From: an uncultured virus (IMG/VR IMGVR_UViG_2061766007_000422)
Taxonomy: Duplodnaviria; Heunggongvirae; Uroviricota; Caudoviricetes
IMG/VR virus record: IMGVR_UViG_2061766007_000422
DNA: 64,000 nucleotides
Reading direction: 5' to 3' (one strand)
The position numbers and the translations under genes are program-made. This document shows positions 53,169-62,361 of this stretch, piece by piece. Position 1 is the first letter of the stretch; every line of letters starts with the position of its first letter. Below the pieces are notes generated by a model. It had not been told where the DNA came from. It did not search any database and worked only from the letters and a program-made list of their open reading frames with translations.

Positions 53169-53353
53169 TTATCAAAAGATACATAAAATAATCGCGGTTT
53201 CCAAAACATTATATTAGTATCATGAGCGCCAAAATATGCGCCATTTGTATTACTTGGACCATAATAATCTATTTTTAAGTCGGGATATTTTGCTATCAAG
53301 TTATCTACGGCCTTATCTACTAACCAATCATAAAATTCATTACTCATGACCAT
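53144..53353 (-). CDS. Hypothetical protein
   Basis: Coupled small ORF. Confidence 0.45.
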   Translation of the reverse strand: MVMSNEFYDWLVDKAVDNLIAKYPDLKIDYYGPSNTNGAYFGAHDTNIMFWKPRLFYVSFDNWNIEELK

Positions 53354-53559
53354 CTAGACCTTAATTCTGCTCTTAATTCTGCATTGGTATCTCGAAGCAC
53401 CTCAATTGTGTGCTGTAAATTTAAAATAATTCGTTCTGCGGCTTGCTGCGCCGCGAGATATCCTTCTTGATAACCAATATTATGGCCTTGCTCATACCCA
53501 ACATTATATCCTTTTGTGAATATTTCACTATTTTCTAAATTAAAATCTTTTGGTGGCAT
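53344..53559 (-). CDS. Hypothetical protein with GY..G repeats
   Basis: GYNVGYEQGHNIGYQEGY. Confidence 0.5.
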   Translation of the reverse strand: MPPKDFNLENSEIFTKGYNVGYEQGHNIGYQEGYLAAQQAAERIILNLQHTIEVLRDTNAELRAELRSRWS

Positions 53560-53561
53560 TT

Positions 53562-53792
53562 TTACCTCTTTAATATAAAAAATTCACTATGTGATCCAAC
53601 ATCGTAAACAATTTCATTGTATTCATTTTCCCAACTGCGGCAATAATAGCTTTTAAAAGGGTTCACACCTGCGGGTTTTTTCGCATTACATTCGGCAATA
53701 AAGTTATTGATGACCGAACCTACTTCGTTTTCATTTTGAATTTCCGCGATTACACGACGCTCACCCTGGCTATTTTCAAAATATACTTTCAT
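53562..53792 (-). CDS. Conserved phage hypothetical protein
   Basis: FENS.G..R...YDVGSHSEFF; own promoter. Confidence 0.6.
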   Translation of the reverse strand: MKVYFENSQGERRVIAEIQNENEVGSVINNFIAECNAKKPAGVNPFKSYYCRSWENEYNEIVYDVGSHSEFFILKR

Positions 53793-53876
53793 TTCCTTAT
53801 CCTTTCTTTTTATTTTATTATATCATAAAATTTAAGGAAAGTCAAATAGTAGAGAACAGACCGACGTCGGTTTGTT

Positions 53877-54337
53877 TCAGTCTTCAAAACCTGCGCCGAA
53901 TTCGTAATCATATAGTCCAAGCCAAACAGTTCCGTCTGGTTCTGTCATTGTCATTTGATATGGCTTGCCAGATTCAAAGTCAANNNNNNNNNNNNNNNNN
54001 NNNNNATCGGGCCATAATCATACCAGTCCGTAGACTCATCACAATATTCAATCTCTACCGGACCATTTTCAGTCATCTCATAAATTTGAGGACGGCCTTG
54101 TTTATGACACATTACCCTAATCAGGCCGTCGCCCATCACGCCGTGATGAATAGAATTCAACCAACTGTATTCGCCATTTCGATGTAACAATGATGCCCAA
54201 ATTCGTGCACCGCTCGGAATATTCGCGCTGTCAGTCCCAAAGGTTTCTTCGTCCGTTGCGAACACTGCAACATCTTCCTTATCGCGTCTGCGTTTACCAT
54301 TCTTGTAGATAAACGCACCATAATCACTATATGCCAT
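53877..54337 (-). CDS. Hypothetical protein (N gap inside)
   Basis: MAYSDYGAF...; continues after gap as DFESGKPY...YEFGAGFED*. Confidence 0.6.
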
Positions 54338-54554
54338 TCTCATCTTCCTCCTTTGGTTTGTCTTTCCACGCATTGCCGCACCCTTTATTTTTACAATGCC
54401 ACCACATGGTTAGGTCATAATTGAAGGAGTATTCCAGGTCTTTACTGCCACATACGGGACAACGCACGTACATTTCATACTTGCTTTTTTCATTCATTCC
54501 CACTTTACCGCCTTTCGCTGTTCGTTTGTCGGTCGTGCGCTCCAACAACGCCAA
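54327..54554 (-). CDS. Small Zn-ribbon protein (start probably near 54497)
   Basis: CPVCGS...C...CG. Confidence 0.5.
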   Translation of the reverse strand: MALLERTTDKRTAKGGKVGMNEKSKYEMYVRCPVCGSKDLEYSFNYDLTMWWHCKNKGCGNAWKDKPKEEDENGI

Positions 54555-54922
54555 GTTTTGCCATAATCATTATTACATGGTTTCCACTCAACTTCATTAC
54601 CAAATTGAAAAATCTCTACAAAGCTAGAAAGGTAGGATATGGTTATTTCTCCGTATCCATCATAACAGTCTTCATCACCGTTGTTCTCCACCCACACAAA
54701 ATGTTCTGTCCCGTCTAACTGCCGCAATTCTTCTAACGTTAGCACCCTTGGCTTATGAATTTCTCGCTGTTCGCAGATAAGAGCGAGGGCATCTTTCATT
54801 AGTTCGTCTGTACAACAATATTCATCGGGCAAACTTTTATACGGACAGTTTCCTTCTTGGCACGTTTTGTGCCAATCAAGACACTCCTCCATTCCCTTCA
54901 CTACTTTTTCAAAGTCAGTCAT
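54494..54922 (-). CDS. Hypothetical phage protein
   Basis: EKV.KG.E.C...CPY; YGKTWRCWSARPT. Confidence 0.6.
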   Translation of the reverse strand: MTDFEKVVKGMEECLDWHKTCQEGNCPYKSLPDEYCCTDELMKDALALICEQREIHKPRVLTLEELRQLDGTEHFVWVENNGDEDCYDGYGEITISYLSSFVEIFQFGNEVEWKPCNNDYGKTWRCWSARPTNEQRKAVKWE

Positions 54923-54934
54923 TAACTTTTTCTC

Positions 54935-55333
54935 CTACTTATTATACCAAGCAACATAGTCAAATGGTTGCTTTCTTATCCAATTAGCATTAAGCCGTGG
55001 AATAGAATAATATACATATTTGCCATCTGATACAAATGCTTCACCATCAGAATCTTTCAAATTTTCATTTTCAATATCGTCTATGAATTGCTCTTTTGGT
55101 ATCAAGACACCTTCATATGGGTCTGTTTCCCAATCTGTAAGTTCGCGCGCATTAAAGAAAATATTTTTAATTTTTATAGCGCATTCAATATTACCATTTT
55201 CACCATCAATAACATTAAAGTTAAGCCCATCATCATTAAGATGGACGCCATCGCGCACTAAATATCCCGCTCGCCAACCCTGCTCTTTACTCTTATAAAG
55301 GATACGCTGTCCTGCATAAGCATTAAATTCCAT
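54935..55333 (-). CDS. Hypothetical protein
   Basis: ORF with RBS. Confidence 0.55.
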   Translation of the reverse strand: MEFNAYAGQRILYKSKEQGWRAGYLVRDGVHLNDDGLNFNVIDGENGNIECAIKIKNIFFNARELTDWETDPYEGVLIPKEQFIDDIENENLKDSDGEAFVSDGKYVYYSIPRLNANWIRKQPFDYVAWYNK

Positions 55334-55335
55334 AT

Positions 55336-56127
55336 TTACTCCTTATAAATAAAATTATTTTGTGCTAAATATATTTTAGTAATTTCAAATTGAAGACGGT
55401 TAATAGTATGATTTGCAATATATTCAAGACTTTTTTGTTCAGTAGAAGTTTCAAATCGATTTGCTTCTTCTTTAAGAAAAGCCGCGATTCTTTCAATTTG
55501 CTCCTGATAATATGCAACTTCTTCCTCACTAGGATGCTCATTAGTTTTTGCGGCATACGCTAAATCGCGGGCGCCTTTAAACCTAAAACCCAATATATTT
55601 GTGCGTTCATTATCAAGAAACTGTGCGTAAAGATCATTTAGCCGCAAAGCATGAGAAAAACGCTTACCTTCCGTCATATTGCGACCATGAAGTTGATGAA
55701 TCATACCCGCGATAGCATTAAGCATATGTTTATGATTAGCGTGAATAAGATAATATAACATATCAGGATTGAAAAAAGTTTTTTGTAATATCTCATATTC
55801 TGGTTCAAAAATCATATATTTTGAAGCAAATACTTCAATACTATTGGGTGAAGTTTTACGCAATAAATTCATCATAAGACGTAAATCTTTTACTATAATC
55901 TTACCATCATCTACTTCTTTTTCAAAACTAATAAGATTAGCATTAGAAATAAAATCAATATATCGCGGCAAAATTATAGTAAAAGTATCGCAATCACTAG
56001 TAGGACTGTCAAGACCATAGTTCTGGCTTCCTACGGCGGCAGTGAATATAACCTGAAAGTCATTGTGTTCTTCGCCTATATTTTTAACTAATGCGTGATG
56101 ATATGCTACTTTCTGTAAGAAGTCCAT
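55336..56127 (-). CDS. Pol-beta superfamily nucleotidyltransferase (YcgL/RlaP-like)
   Basis: GSQNYGLD..TSD.D, KDLR, PN.IE. Confidence 0.8.
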   Translation of the reverse strand: MDFLQKVAYHHALVKNIGEEHNDFQVIFTAAVGSQNYGLDSPTSDCDTFTIILPRYIDFISNANLISFEKEVDDGKIIVKDLRLMMNLLRKTSPNSIEVFASKYMIFEPEYEILQKTFFNPDMLYYLIHANHKHMLNAIAGMIHQLHGRNMTEGKRFSHALRLNDLYAQFLDNERTNILGFRFKGARDLAYAAKTNEHPSEEEVAYYQEQIERIAAFLKEEANRFETSTEQKSLEYIANHTINRLQFEITKIYLAQNNFIYKE

Positions 56128-56185
56128 ACTTTTCTCCTTTTTCTTTTTATAAATATATTATATCACAAATTTTGAAAAAAGTCAA

Positions 56186-56217
56186 AAAAAAAGAATGGCG
56201 CTTTTCGCGCCATACTT
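56186..56217 (-). terminator. Intrinsic terminator merging with next -35 box
   Basis: ATGGCGC-GAAAA-GCGCCAT then T-rich tail. Confidence 0.7.
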
Positions 56218-57732
56218 TTAATGAATGTCTTTGTAACGGTCAGAATTTAATTTTTCAAACATAAGTTGTTCGCCATCTTTGCCCGATAGGATGCATTCAA
56301 TCATGTTCATTGAGAAGCCACTTACATAACTAAAACCATTTCCTATGGCTGGGATATTGTTCTGACGGGCATCAAGATTCCAGAAAATTACACGAGGAAT
56401 GGTGTATCCGTGGAATGCCCATTTCGCGGCCTGAGTCTCAATGACGGTGTTAATTGCATTTTCAGTAGTGCAAGCATGAGCATATGGATTGTATCGCCAC
56501 ATACGATTGTCTCTGTGTTCAACAGGACCACTAATTACACAGGAATTAAATTCCATATCTGAAAAAATATAAAGTGTTTTAGGCATATCTTTATCGGACA
56601 TATTATATTTAATTGCAGTATTAAGTAGAAGGTTAAAAACGGCTTCAATGTTAGTAGAACCACCCCAATTGGCATTGCTAGCGCGTCTAAACTTATCATA
56701 TAAATCTATGCCTTTAAATTCTACCAATTCAGGTTCATCTGAAAAGGTAATAAAATGATTCTGAAATGGTCCCTTACCACGTTCAGCAATATATGCACCC
56801 ATAGATATTGCCGCGTTTATAGGCGTGCCATACATGCTACCACTTACATCTACAATAGCAATACCTGGCTCTTCCTTGCCATTATAATAATCTGGTAAGC
56901 ATGACCAATACTTATCCCAAGCCTGGCGGTCGGTTGCGGAAGGATTACGATGAGTGAAAATTTGCCCCGCAATATCTACTGGATTCAAAACTGCGGCATT
57001 AACCTTAGTCTTTTTATTTGCCATAAATTCAGCATAGCGCGCTGCGGTAATTTCATTATGTGCGAAAACATTTTTATAGATTAGACCGGCACGAGAAGGT
57101 ATTTTATCAAATTCAATTTCATCCCATCTATTCTGTGACATAAGGGTTTCAACAATACGAATTTTTCCACGTAGATATGAAAGCATTTTACGATATTCGC
57201 GCGAAGTAAGTCCAAGTGCAGAAGCAGTCTTTTCACCTAACTTACGACTATCAGGAGAAGAAGTGTTTATAGATTTACACCACTTCGCGCAAAGTGATAC
57301 TGCGCCTTCACACTTCATATCCAAAACAAGCTGTTCGCGCATTAGATTAAAAGCGGCATTTTCGGCGGGAGTGCTAACTAGACTATATAAATCATCCCAT
57401 CTACCCATTTCTGGTATAAATTTAATATTACGGATAACAGCATCAGTATCATAATTAGCTAACCAGTTAATAATTACGCGGAAAAAACGACGTTCTCCGG
57501 TGCCGCCACGCGCATCACGATGATAAAATAGACATTTAAGCGCGTATTCAGGATTTTCTTCATATGCATTTTTAAACATTAGAATAACATCTTCATCAGG
57601 ACGATTGCGCATAGAACCACCCATACCAAACATGTCAAGTAGAGCAGAATTAGTGGTTTTATGGGTAAGGCCGCCATTTTCAGTATAAGTGTAATTGGTT
57701 TCGTTTTTCAAGGCGTTCATAAAAGTATTCAT
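56218..57732 (-). CDS. DUF2828 family helical-repeat plus vWA protein (Ro60/TROVE-like architecture)
   Basis: TENG, RD.RGG.GERR, GRWDDL, AKW, MIDAS DVSGSM, TFS, GST, FSDMEF, FWNL, SGFS. Confidence 0.82.
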   Translation of the reverse strand: MNTFMNALKNETNYTYTENGGLTHKTTNSALLDMFGMGGSMRNRPDEDVILMFKNAYEENPEYALKCLFYHRDARGGTGERRFFRVIINWLANYDTDAVIRNIKFIPEMGRWDDLYSLVSTPAENAAFNLMREQLVLDMKCEGAVSLCAKWCKSINTSSPDSRKLGEKTASALGLTSREYRKMLSYLRGKIRIVETLMSQNRWDEIEFDKIPSRAGLIYKNVFAHNEITAARYAEFMANKKTKVNAAVLNPVDIAGQIFTHRNPSATDRQAWDKYWSCLPDYYNGKEEPGIAIVDVSGSMYGTPINAAISMGAYIAERGKGPFQNHFITFSDEPELVEFKGIDLYDKFRRASNANWGGSTNIEAVFNLLLNTAIKYNMSDKDMPKTLYIFSDMEFNSCVISGPVEHRDNRMWRYNPYAHACTTENAINTVIETQAAKWAFHGYTIPRVIFWNLDARQNNIPAIGNGFSYVSGFSMNMIECILSGKDGEQLMFEKLNSDRYKDIH

Positions 57733-57807
57733 ATTCTCTTCTCCTTTTCTTCTTGGTCTTTATCAAGACTGTAGGTTTTTCTTTGTAAATATATTATATC
57801 ATAAACT

Positions 57808-59517
57808 TCAACAAAAGTCAAAATATAATTCTGGTATAATTTCTGTTGTTTCAAGGTCTTTTAAAAAGCGATTAAAATTTATTCGTTTTACTTTTAATTT
57901 TTGTAACTGCGGAATATATCTACCCATAGCAGCATTAATAATTGTATTGTCAGTTATTTGATATGGTTTAAAAACATTAAAATAATATTTTCTAGCTATA
58001 TCCCATGCCATTTGTCCTTGCTCAGGTTTATTTTTCATAATATTATAAAAATCATAATAAACGCGCACCATAATATGACTGACATCTTCCCAAATAATAT
58101 CTTTTTTTACATGATTATTATGCGCAATTTTAACAGCATGTTCTATATTAGTTGTAATGCCTTTTAATTGTGGAAGATATATAAATTCTCCTTTATTTTT
58201 ATGAGTAATAGATTGTTTATCATAAGTATACATATAAATAGGAGTTTCATATGTCTGATATTTTATACTATCATTATAATGCTGTAATTGTTTTATGATT
58301 AAGTTACAAGTATGATTGAATCCTATATCTTCATTAGCATATGAGGATTCTTTACAAAAAGTAATACCGTGAATTTCTAAAAATTCTCGTTTATAAACTA
58401 CGCCATGTAAAAATCCACTATTATCTTCATTATAAGTATGATTAAACTCATCTAACCAACGCCAGCAATATAAATAAGGAATAGTATTGGATAGAATAGT
58501 TAATATTATTTGTAGTAAAGCATATTTAGATAATATATAATCACCACTATCTACAAATAAAATATAAGGATTATTAGTATTATTCATTCCAGTTTGTCGC
58601 GCCATGCCTGGCCCTTCATTGACTTCCTTAAAAATAAAATTAACTTTAGGGAACTTTTTTTGAATAGCTTGATAATCAATTTGTGAATTATCATCTACAA
58701 CCGTAATTTGTATTGGAAAATTATATGCGTTAGTCAATTTAAACATATAATCATCATATACAGATTTTAATGTTTTTTCTAAAGCTTTTAAATTTTTATA
58801 TGAAGGAATAATAATATCTAGGCCATATTTATCTGGAATATTACGTACTATTGGTATATTACGATATTTTTCTACAATAGCTAATTCACGCCAGATTTTA
58901 GTTGCGGCAAAATGTATAATTTTACGGTGGGCAGGTTTACCTGTATAATAACAAATATTATAGTCTGGTGGCAATTCTAGAATATGTCCTTGACATAATT
59001 CATTAATACAATCTTGTTCATTAAATTCGTAATATTTAGTATTAATAGCATGAATTATTTCATCATCTTTTTTATCTTCTCTTAATTGTTTAAGATTAAG
59101 TAAAGCAACACCCATATTAATATATGTAAAAGTATCTGTAGACAATTGAAGTTCTTTCGCGGCCGCGAGATAATAACCATCAAGATTATAATTCCATATA
59201 TCGTTAATGTTTTCATTTACGATAGTGTCTACATCTAATGACAAAATTGTATCATATTGTGGAAAAACTTTACTTAAAGCCGCGCGAATAAGAACCATAT
59301 AGGTCCATTTACTTTTATAATTTGGACCATTTGGATCAAAATATGTTTGATTGCTAACATTAATACATTCAATTTCTGGCGGCAATTCATATGGAAATTC
59401 GTCGTCTTCAATTAAAAAATATATTTTATCTACGTCTGAATGTATCAGAAGTGATTTTGCGGCGGGCACCATGTCTGAATAGATATTGCGTGTGCCCGCG
59501 TAAACTGCTACTTTCAT
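57808..59517 (-). CDS. Fused GT8 plus GT2 glycosyltransferase
   Basis: GT8 SLDVD, INMGV, EQD..N, IIHFA; GT2 IIIPSY, VVDDNS, GPG.ARQ.G, FVDSGD, NED. Confidence 0.85.
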   Translation of the reverse strand: MKVAVYAGTRNIYSDMVPAAKSLLIHSDVDKIYFLIEDDEFPYELPPEIECINVSNQTYFDPNGPNYKSKWTYMVLIRAALSKVFPQYDTILSLDVDTIVNENINDIWNYNLDGYYLAAAKELQLSTDTFTYINMGVALLNLKQLREDKKDDEIIHAINTKYYEFNEQDCINELCQGHILELPPDYNICYYTGKPAHRKIIHFAATKIWRELAIVEKYRNIPIVRNIPDKYGLDIIIPSYKNLKALEKTLKSVYDDYMFKLTNAYNFPIQITVVDDNSQIDYQAIQKKFPKVNFIFKEVNEGPGMARQTGMNNTNNPYILFVDSGDYILSKYALLQIILTILSNTIPYLYCWRWLDEFNHTYNEDNSGFLHGVVYKREFLEIHGITFCKESSYANEDIGFNHTCNLIIKQLQHYNDSIKYQTYETPIYMYTYDKQSITHKNKGEFIYLPQLKGITTNIEHAVKIAHNNHVKKDIIWEDVSHIMVRVYYDFYNIMKNKPEQGQMAWDIARKYYFNVFKPYQITDNTIINAAMGRYIPQLQKLKVKRINFNRFLKDLETTEIIPELYFDFC

Positions 59518-59544
59518 TTATTTTCCTCCGTAGGATAATTATGT

Positions 59545-60543
59545 TTAAAGATGTGAAAAATTATTAATGTTATTAACATTATATTTATTACTAATAATAT
59601 CTGTATAAGTAAAATTATAACCTTCTGTGTAAGGAATTCGTTTTAGTAAAATATTATGTAATAAGCAATATTCATTTTTTTGTTGATCCCGTGCTTGAAT
59701 TTCTTCTAAAGAATAATTAGTCCAGTTACCAGTTGGCTCTGTATAGTGGCCCTTTCCATCAAATTCAATAAGATATGATAAATTATTATTATTGTCAAAA
59801 ATAGCAAAATCAAAACGCAAAGGAATATTATTTTTACTTCGTAAATCGTCGAAACTATATTGTTGTTTATAATTAATATTATTTATATCTAATAATTTAG
59901 ATATATATGTTTCTCCATAAGAAATTAAGCAACCACAAGATTTTTTACCGCCTTGTAATAAAGTCGTATTTAAAACAGCAATAGGTTTACTCCCACAATC
60001 ACATTGACATAAAGTATATCTACGCATTATTCCATGATATTCTCGCAATCCTAAATCTTGCAAAGCAATTAGTTTTCCAAAGCGTTGCCCTTCGTTTATA
60101 GGCGTACCTCGTTCCATATTAAAGTTAACTAATAATTCATGACGAAGGCAACCACATGATTTACTCATCCCAGTAAGCAAAGTATATTTATCTAAATTTC
60201 GAATTTCACCGCATAAACACTGACAAATCCAAATAGATTTGCCATTTTTATCATTATATGGCTGACGGCCAATTATTTTCCATCGACTATCAGTAACTCC
60301 ATGTTCCCATATCTTCCAACCTATAAGATTTTCTGTATGACATTTACCACAACTTTTGGTATTACCAGAACGAATACGAGTGCCCTTCAAACTCACAATA
60401 TTTCCGCATTCGCAGCGGCATTTCCAATATAATTCACCTTTAGAAGACTTTTTTTCATAATCTTGTTCTATTATTGTTAATTTACTATCTAAAATACCAT
60501 GTTCTTTCATTATCCAACCAGTCATACCTATAAATTTGCTCAT
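59545..60543 (-). CDS. Free-standing homing endonuclease (Cys-rich repeats plus Vsr/DUF559-like nuclease)
   Basis: W.C.C.CG...KSCG repeats; LRFDFAI...IEFDGKGH. Confidence 0.8.
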   Translation of the reverse strand: MSKFIGMTGWIMKEHGILDSKLTIIEQDYEKKSSKGELYWKCRCECGNIVSLKGTRIRSGNTKSCGKCHTENLIGWKIWEHGVTDSRWKIIGRQPYNDKNGKSIWICQCLCGEIRNLDKYTLLTGMSKSCGCLRHELLVNFNMERGTPINEGQRFGKLIALQDLGLREYHGIMRRYTLCQCDCGSKPIAVLNTTLLQGGKKSCGCLISYGETYISKLLDINNINYKQQYSFDDLRSKNNIPLRFDFAIFDNNNNLSYLIEFDGKGHYTEPTGNWTNYSLEEIQARDQQKNEYCLLHNILLKRIPYTEGYNFTYTDIISNKYNVNNINNFSHL

Positions 60544-60547
60544 AAAA

Positions 60548-60745
60548 TCACCTACTAATATTATAAAAATTTTCAGCGATTTCTTGTAAAACATTTTTTA
60601 TTTTTTCTTCATTTTTATGAGTAATTCCTTTTTGCCCTTTAAGCCATTTTGTTAGAGTAGATGGGTCCACTTCTACTCGTTTAGCAATATAACTCATTGA
60701 CATTCCATGAGAAAAAAAATAATTAAGTATTTCTTTAACAGTCAT
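60548..60745 (-). CDS. 65-aa HTH protein, paralog 3
   Basis: IAKRVEVDPSTLTKWLK. Confidence 0.7.
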   Translation of the reverse strand: MTVKEILNYFFSHGMSMSYIAKRVEVDPSTLTKWLKGQKGITHKNEEKIKNVLQEIAENFYNISR

Positions 60746-60796
60746 TTAAATCGCCTCATATAATTAGTAGGTTCATTATCCGAAAATACTGATATT

Positions 60797-61363
60797 TTAT
60801 TCAGATTTTTCAGATTTTATAATATAATTTTTTAAATCTAGTTTTATTTCTTCTATATTAACAGGAAAGTTATTATGAGCGTCAAGTTCTACATGATAAC
60901 AACTATCATTAATATCAGCAAAACGATTTTGGGTATGCGTATGCCCGCATAGACAATAAGTTTTATGATACTTAGTATCGTCATAATTACCTACTTTAGT
61001 AGGATAATGAGAAAGATAAAATGTCCATTTACCATACTTCATTTGATGCGCGTATCCAAGAATAATAGTCATTGGTAATTCTTTAGCAATTAATTCTTGC
61101 CGCGCGAGAGTATCGTGGTTGCCCCAAACAACGCAAAGTTGCCCATTTAATTGCTTTAATAATTTAATTCCTTTTTCATTATCATTAAGAATTAAATCGC
61201 CAAGCAGAAAAACCATATCATCGGGCTTAACAACACTATTCCATCTTTCTACAATAGCCTCATCATGTTCTTCAATTGAAGTAAAGCCGCGAGGTTCATA
61301 AAGAAATGGTTTATTATGCCGCAGATGCAAATCAGACGTTACAAAAATTTCTTTCATCTTCAT
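60797..61363 (-). CDS. Calcineurin-like phosphoesterase (RNA-repair associated)
   Basis: SDLH, LGD, GNHD, SHYP, GHTH. Confidence 0.87.
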   Translation of the reverse strand: MKMKEIFVTSDLHLRHNKPFLYEPRGFTSIEEHDEAIVERWNSVVKPDDMVFLLGDLILNDNEKGIKLLKQLNGQLCVVWGNHDTLARQELIAKELPMTIILGYAHQMKYGKWTFYLSHYPTKVGNYDDTKYHKTYCLCGHTHTQNRFADINDSCYHVELDAHNNFPVNIEEIKLDLKNYIIKSEKSE

Positions 61364-61841
61364 ATCCTTTCATTAGCATTAGTCCAACACATCTATTATC
61401 TTCTATTATTGCTGGCGGCTGAAAGCTATTCCACATTGACTTCATTGTATCATCAGGCACACGAGCGCGACCTTCACGTGAAGCATTGCGGCCACAACAT
61501 ATTTCATAAGGAGTATCAAAATAGACGAATATAATTTGATAGTCTATTTCGCCCAAGTAATCAATTGCGTGAATAAGCTTTTTTCGCGATTTCTTATTTA
61601 AATGAGTCGCGTCCGCGATACAATTTTGATTATTATTAAGCGCAAAACGTATTGCCGCAACGAACTTTACAAAAACCTCTTCTTCGTGCGAAAAGTAATC
61701 ATCATTATCTTCTAGTAAAGAAAATCGTATGTCATCGCGCGAAACATACTTTGCGTCAATAGTATGATACATAAATTTATGTACCCAATATGTTTTCCCG
61801 CATCCGGGGCAACCGCACAAAATATATAAAATCGGATTCAT
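61332..61841 (-). CDS. Polynucleotide kinase-like P-loop kinase
   Basis: GCPGCGKT, SRDDIR, DATHL...R, RN..R...VP. Confidence 0.82.
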   Translation of the reverse strand: MNPILYILCGCPGCGKTYWVHKFMYHTIDAKYVSRDDIRFSLLEDNDDYFSHEEEVFVKFVAAIRFALNNNQNCIADATHLNKKSRKKLIHAIDYLGEIDYQIIFVYFDTPYEICCGRNASREGRARVPDDTMKSMWNSFQPPAIIEDNRCVGLMLMKGYEDERNFCNV

Positions 61842-61842
61842 A

Positions 61843-62055
61843 TTACATTCCTTTCTTTGGCATAGGCACTATTACTTCAACTGGTACACTCCAACGTTCA
61901 CCATTATGAGTCATAAAAACAGCATTATTATTATCATTATATTCGCCAGTAAATAAACCATTTACCATGCGGGCGCCATAAGCATTAGAAGAAGGCCACA
62001 TATAACGTTTTCCCGCGATTAGTTCAATTTTCTTCATTCTTATCTCCCCTTTCAT
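61843..62055 (-). CDS. Hypothetical protein
   Basis: Follows promoter 62062-62090. Confidence 0.5.
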   Translation of the reverse strand: MKGEIRMKKIELIAGKRYMWPSSNAYGARMVNGLFTGEYNDNNNAVFMTHNGERWSVPVEVIVPMPKKGM

Positions 62056-62092
62056 AGATTTATTATATCATAAAATTTAGAAAAAGTCAAAT

Positions 62093-62121
62093 AAAAAAAA
62101 TAGCGGCAAAACCGCTATTTT
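62093..62121 (-). terminator. Intrinsic terminator ending the tRNA/ncRNA transcript
   Basis: AAAATAGCGG-TTTTG-CCGCTATTTTTTTT. Confidence 0.75.
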
Positions 62122-62125
62122 AAAC

Positions 62126-62202
62126 TAGACCAGTTATGGAATTGAACCATTTCATTTTTTATAGCAAAAAAAATCCTAACCATAAAATTGCTGTGCTGGC
62201 CT
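62126..62202 (-). ncRNA. tRNA-like RNA A (acceptor-like stem, CACAGCAA, GCU anticodon-like loop, T-arm, no D-stem)
   Basis: AGGCCAG/CTGGTCT; ATTTTTT-TTGCTAT-AAAAAAT; ATGG-TTCAATT-CCAT. Confidence 0.6.
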
Positions 62203-62228
62203 TAAATTATTATTATAAAAGGATATAC

Positions 62229-62287
62229 TCGACCCATTTAAATTTTCCTAAATAGCAAAGAATAAAAATAATGGCTGTGTGGGTCGA
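62229..62287 (-). ncRNA. tRNA-like RNA B (terminal stem, CACAGCCA, TTGCTAT loop)
   Basis: TCGACCCA/TGGGTCGA 8-bp stem; shares two motifs with RNA A. Confidence 0.55.
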
Positions 62288-62289
62288 AA

Positions 62290-62361
62290 CAGCGGTTGTT
62301 GGGGTCGAACCAACTTAACACGGGTCAAAGCCGTGTGCCCGAACCGTTAGGCGAAACCGCT
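62290..62361 (-). tRNA. tRNA-Gln(UUG)
   Basis: AGCGGTT/AACCGCT acceptor; CACGG-CTTTGAC-CCGTG; GTTGG-TTCGACC-CCAAC; no encoded CCA. Confidence 0.9.
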
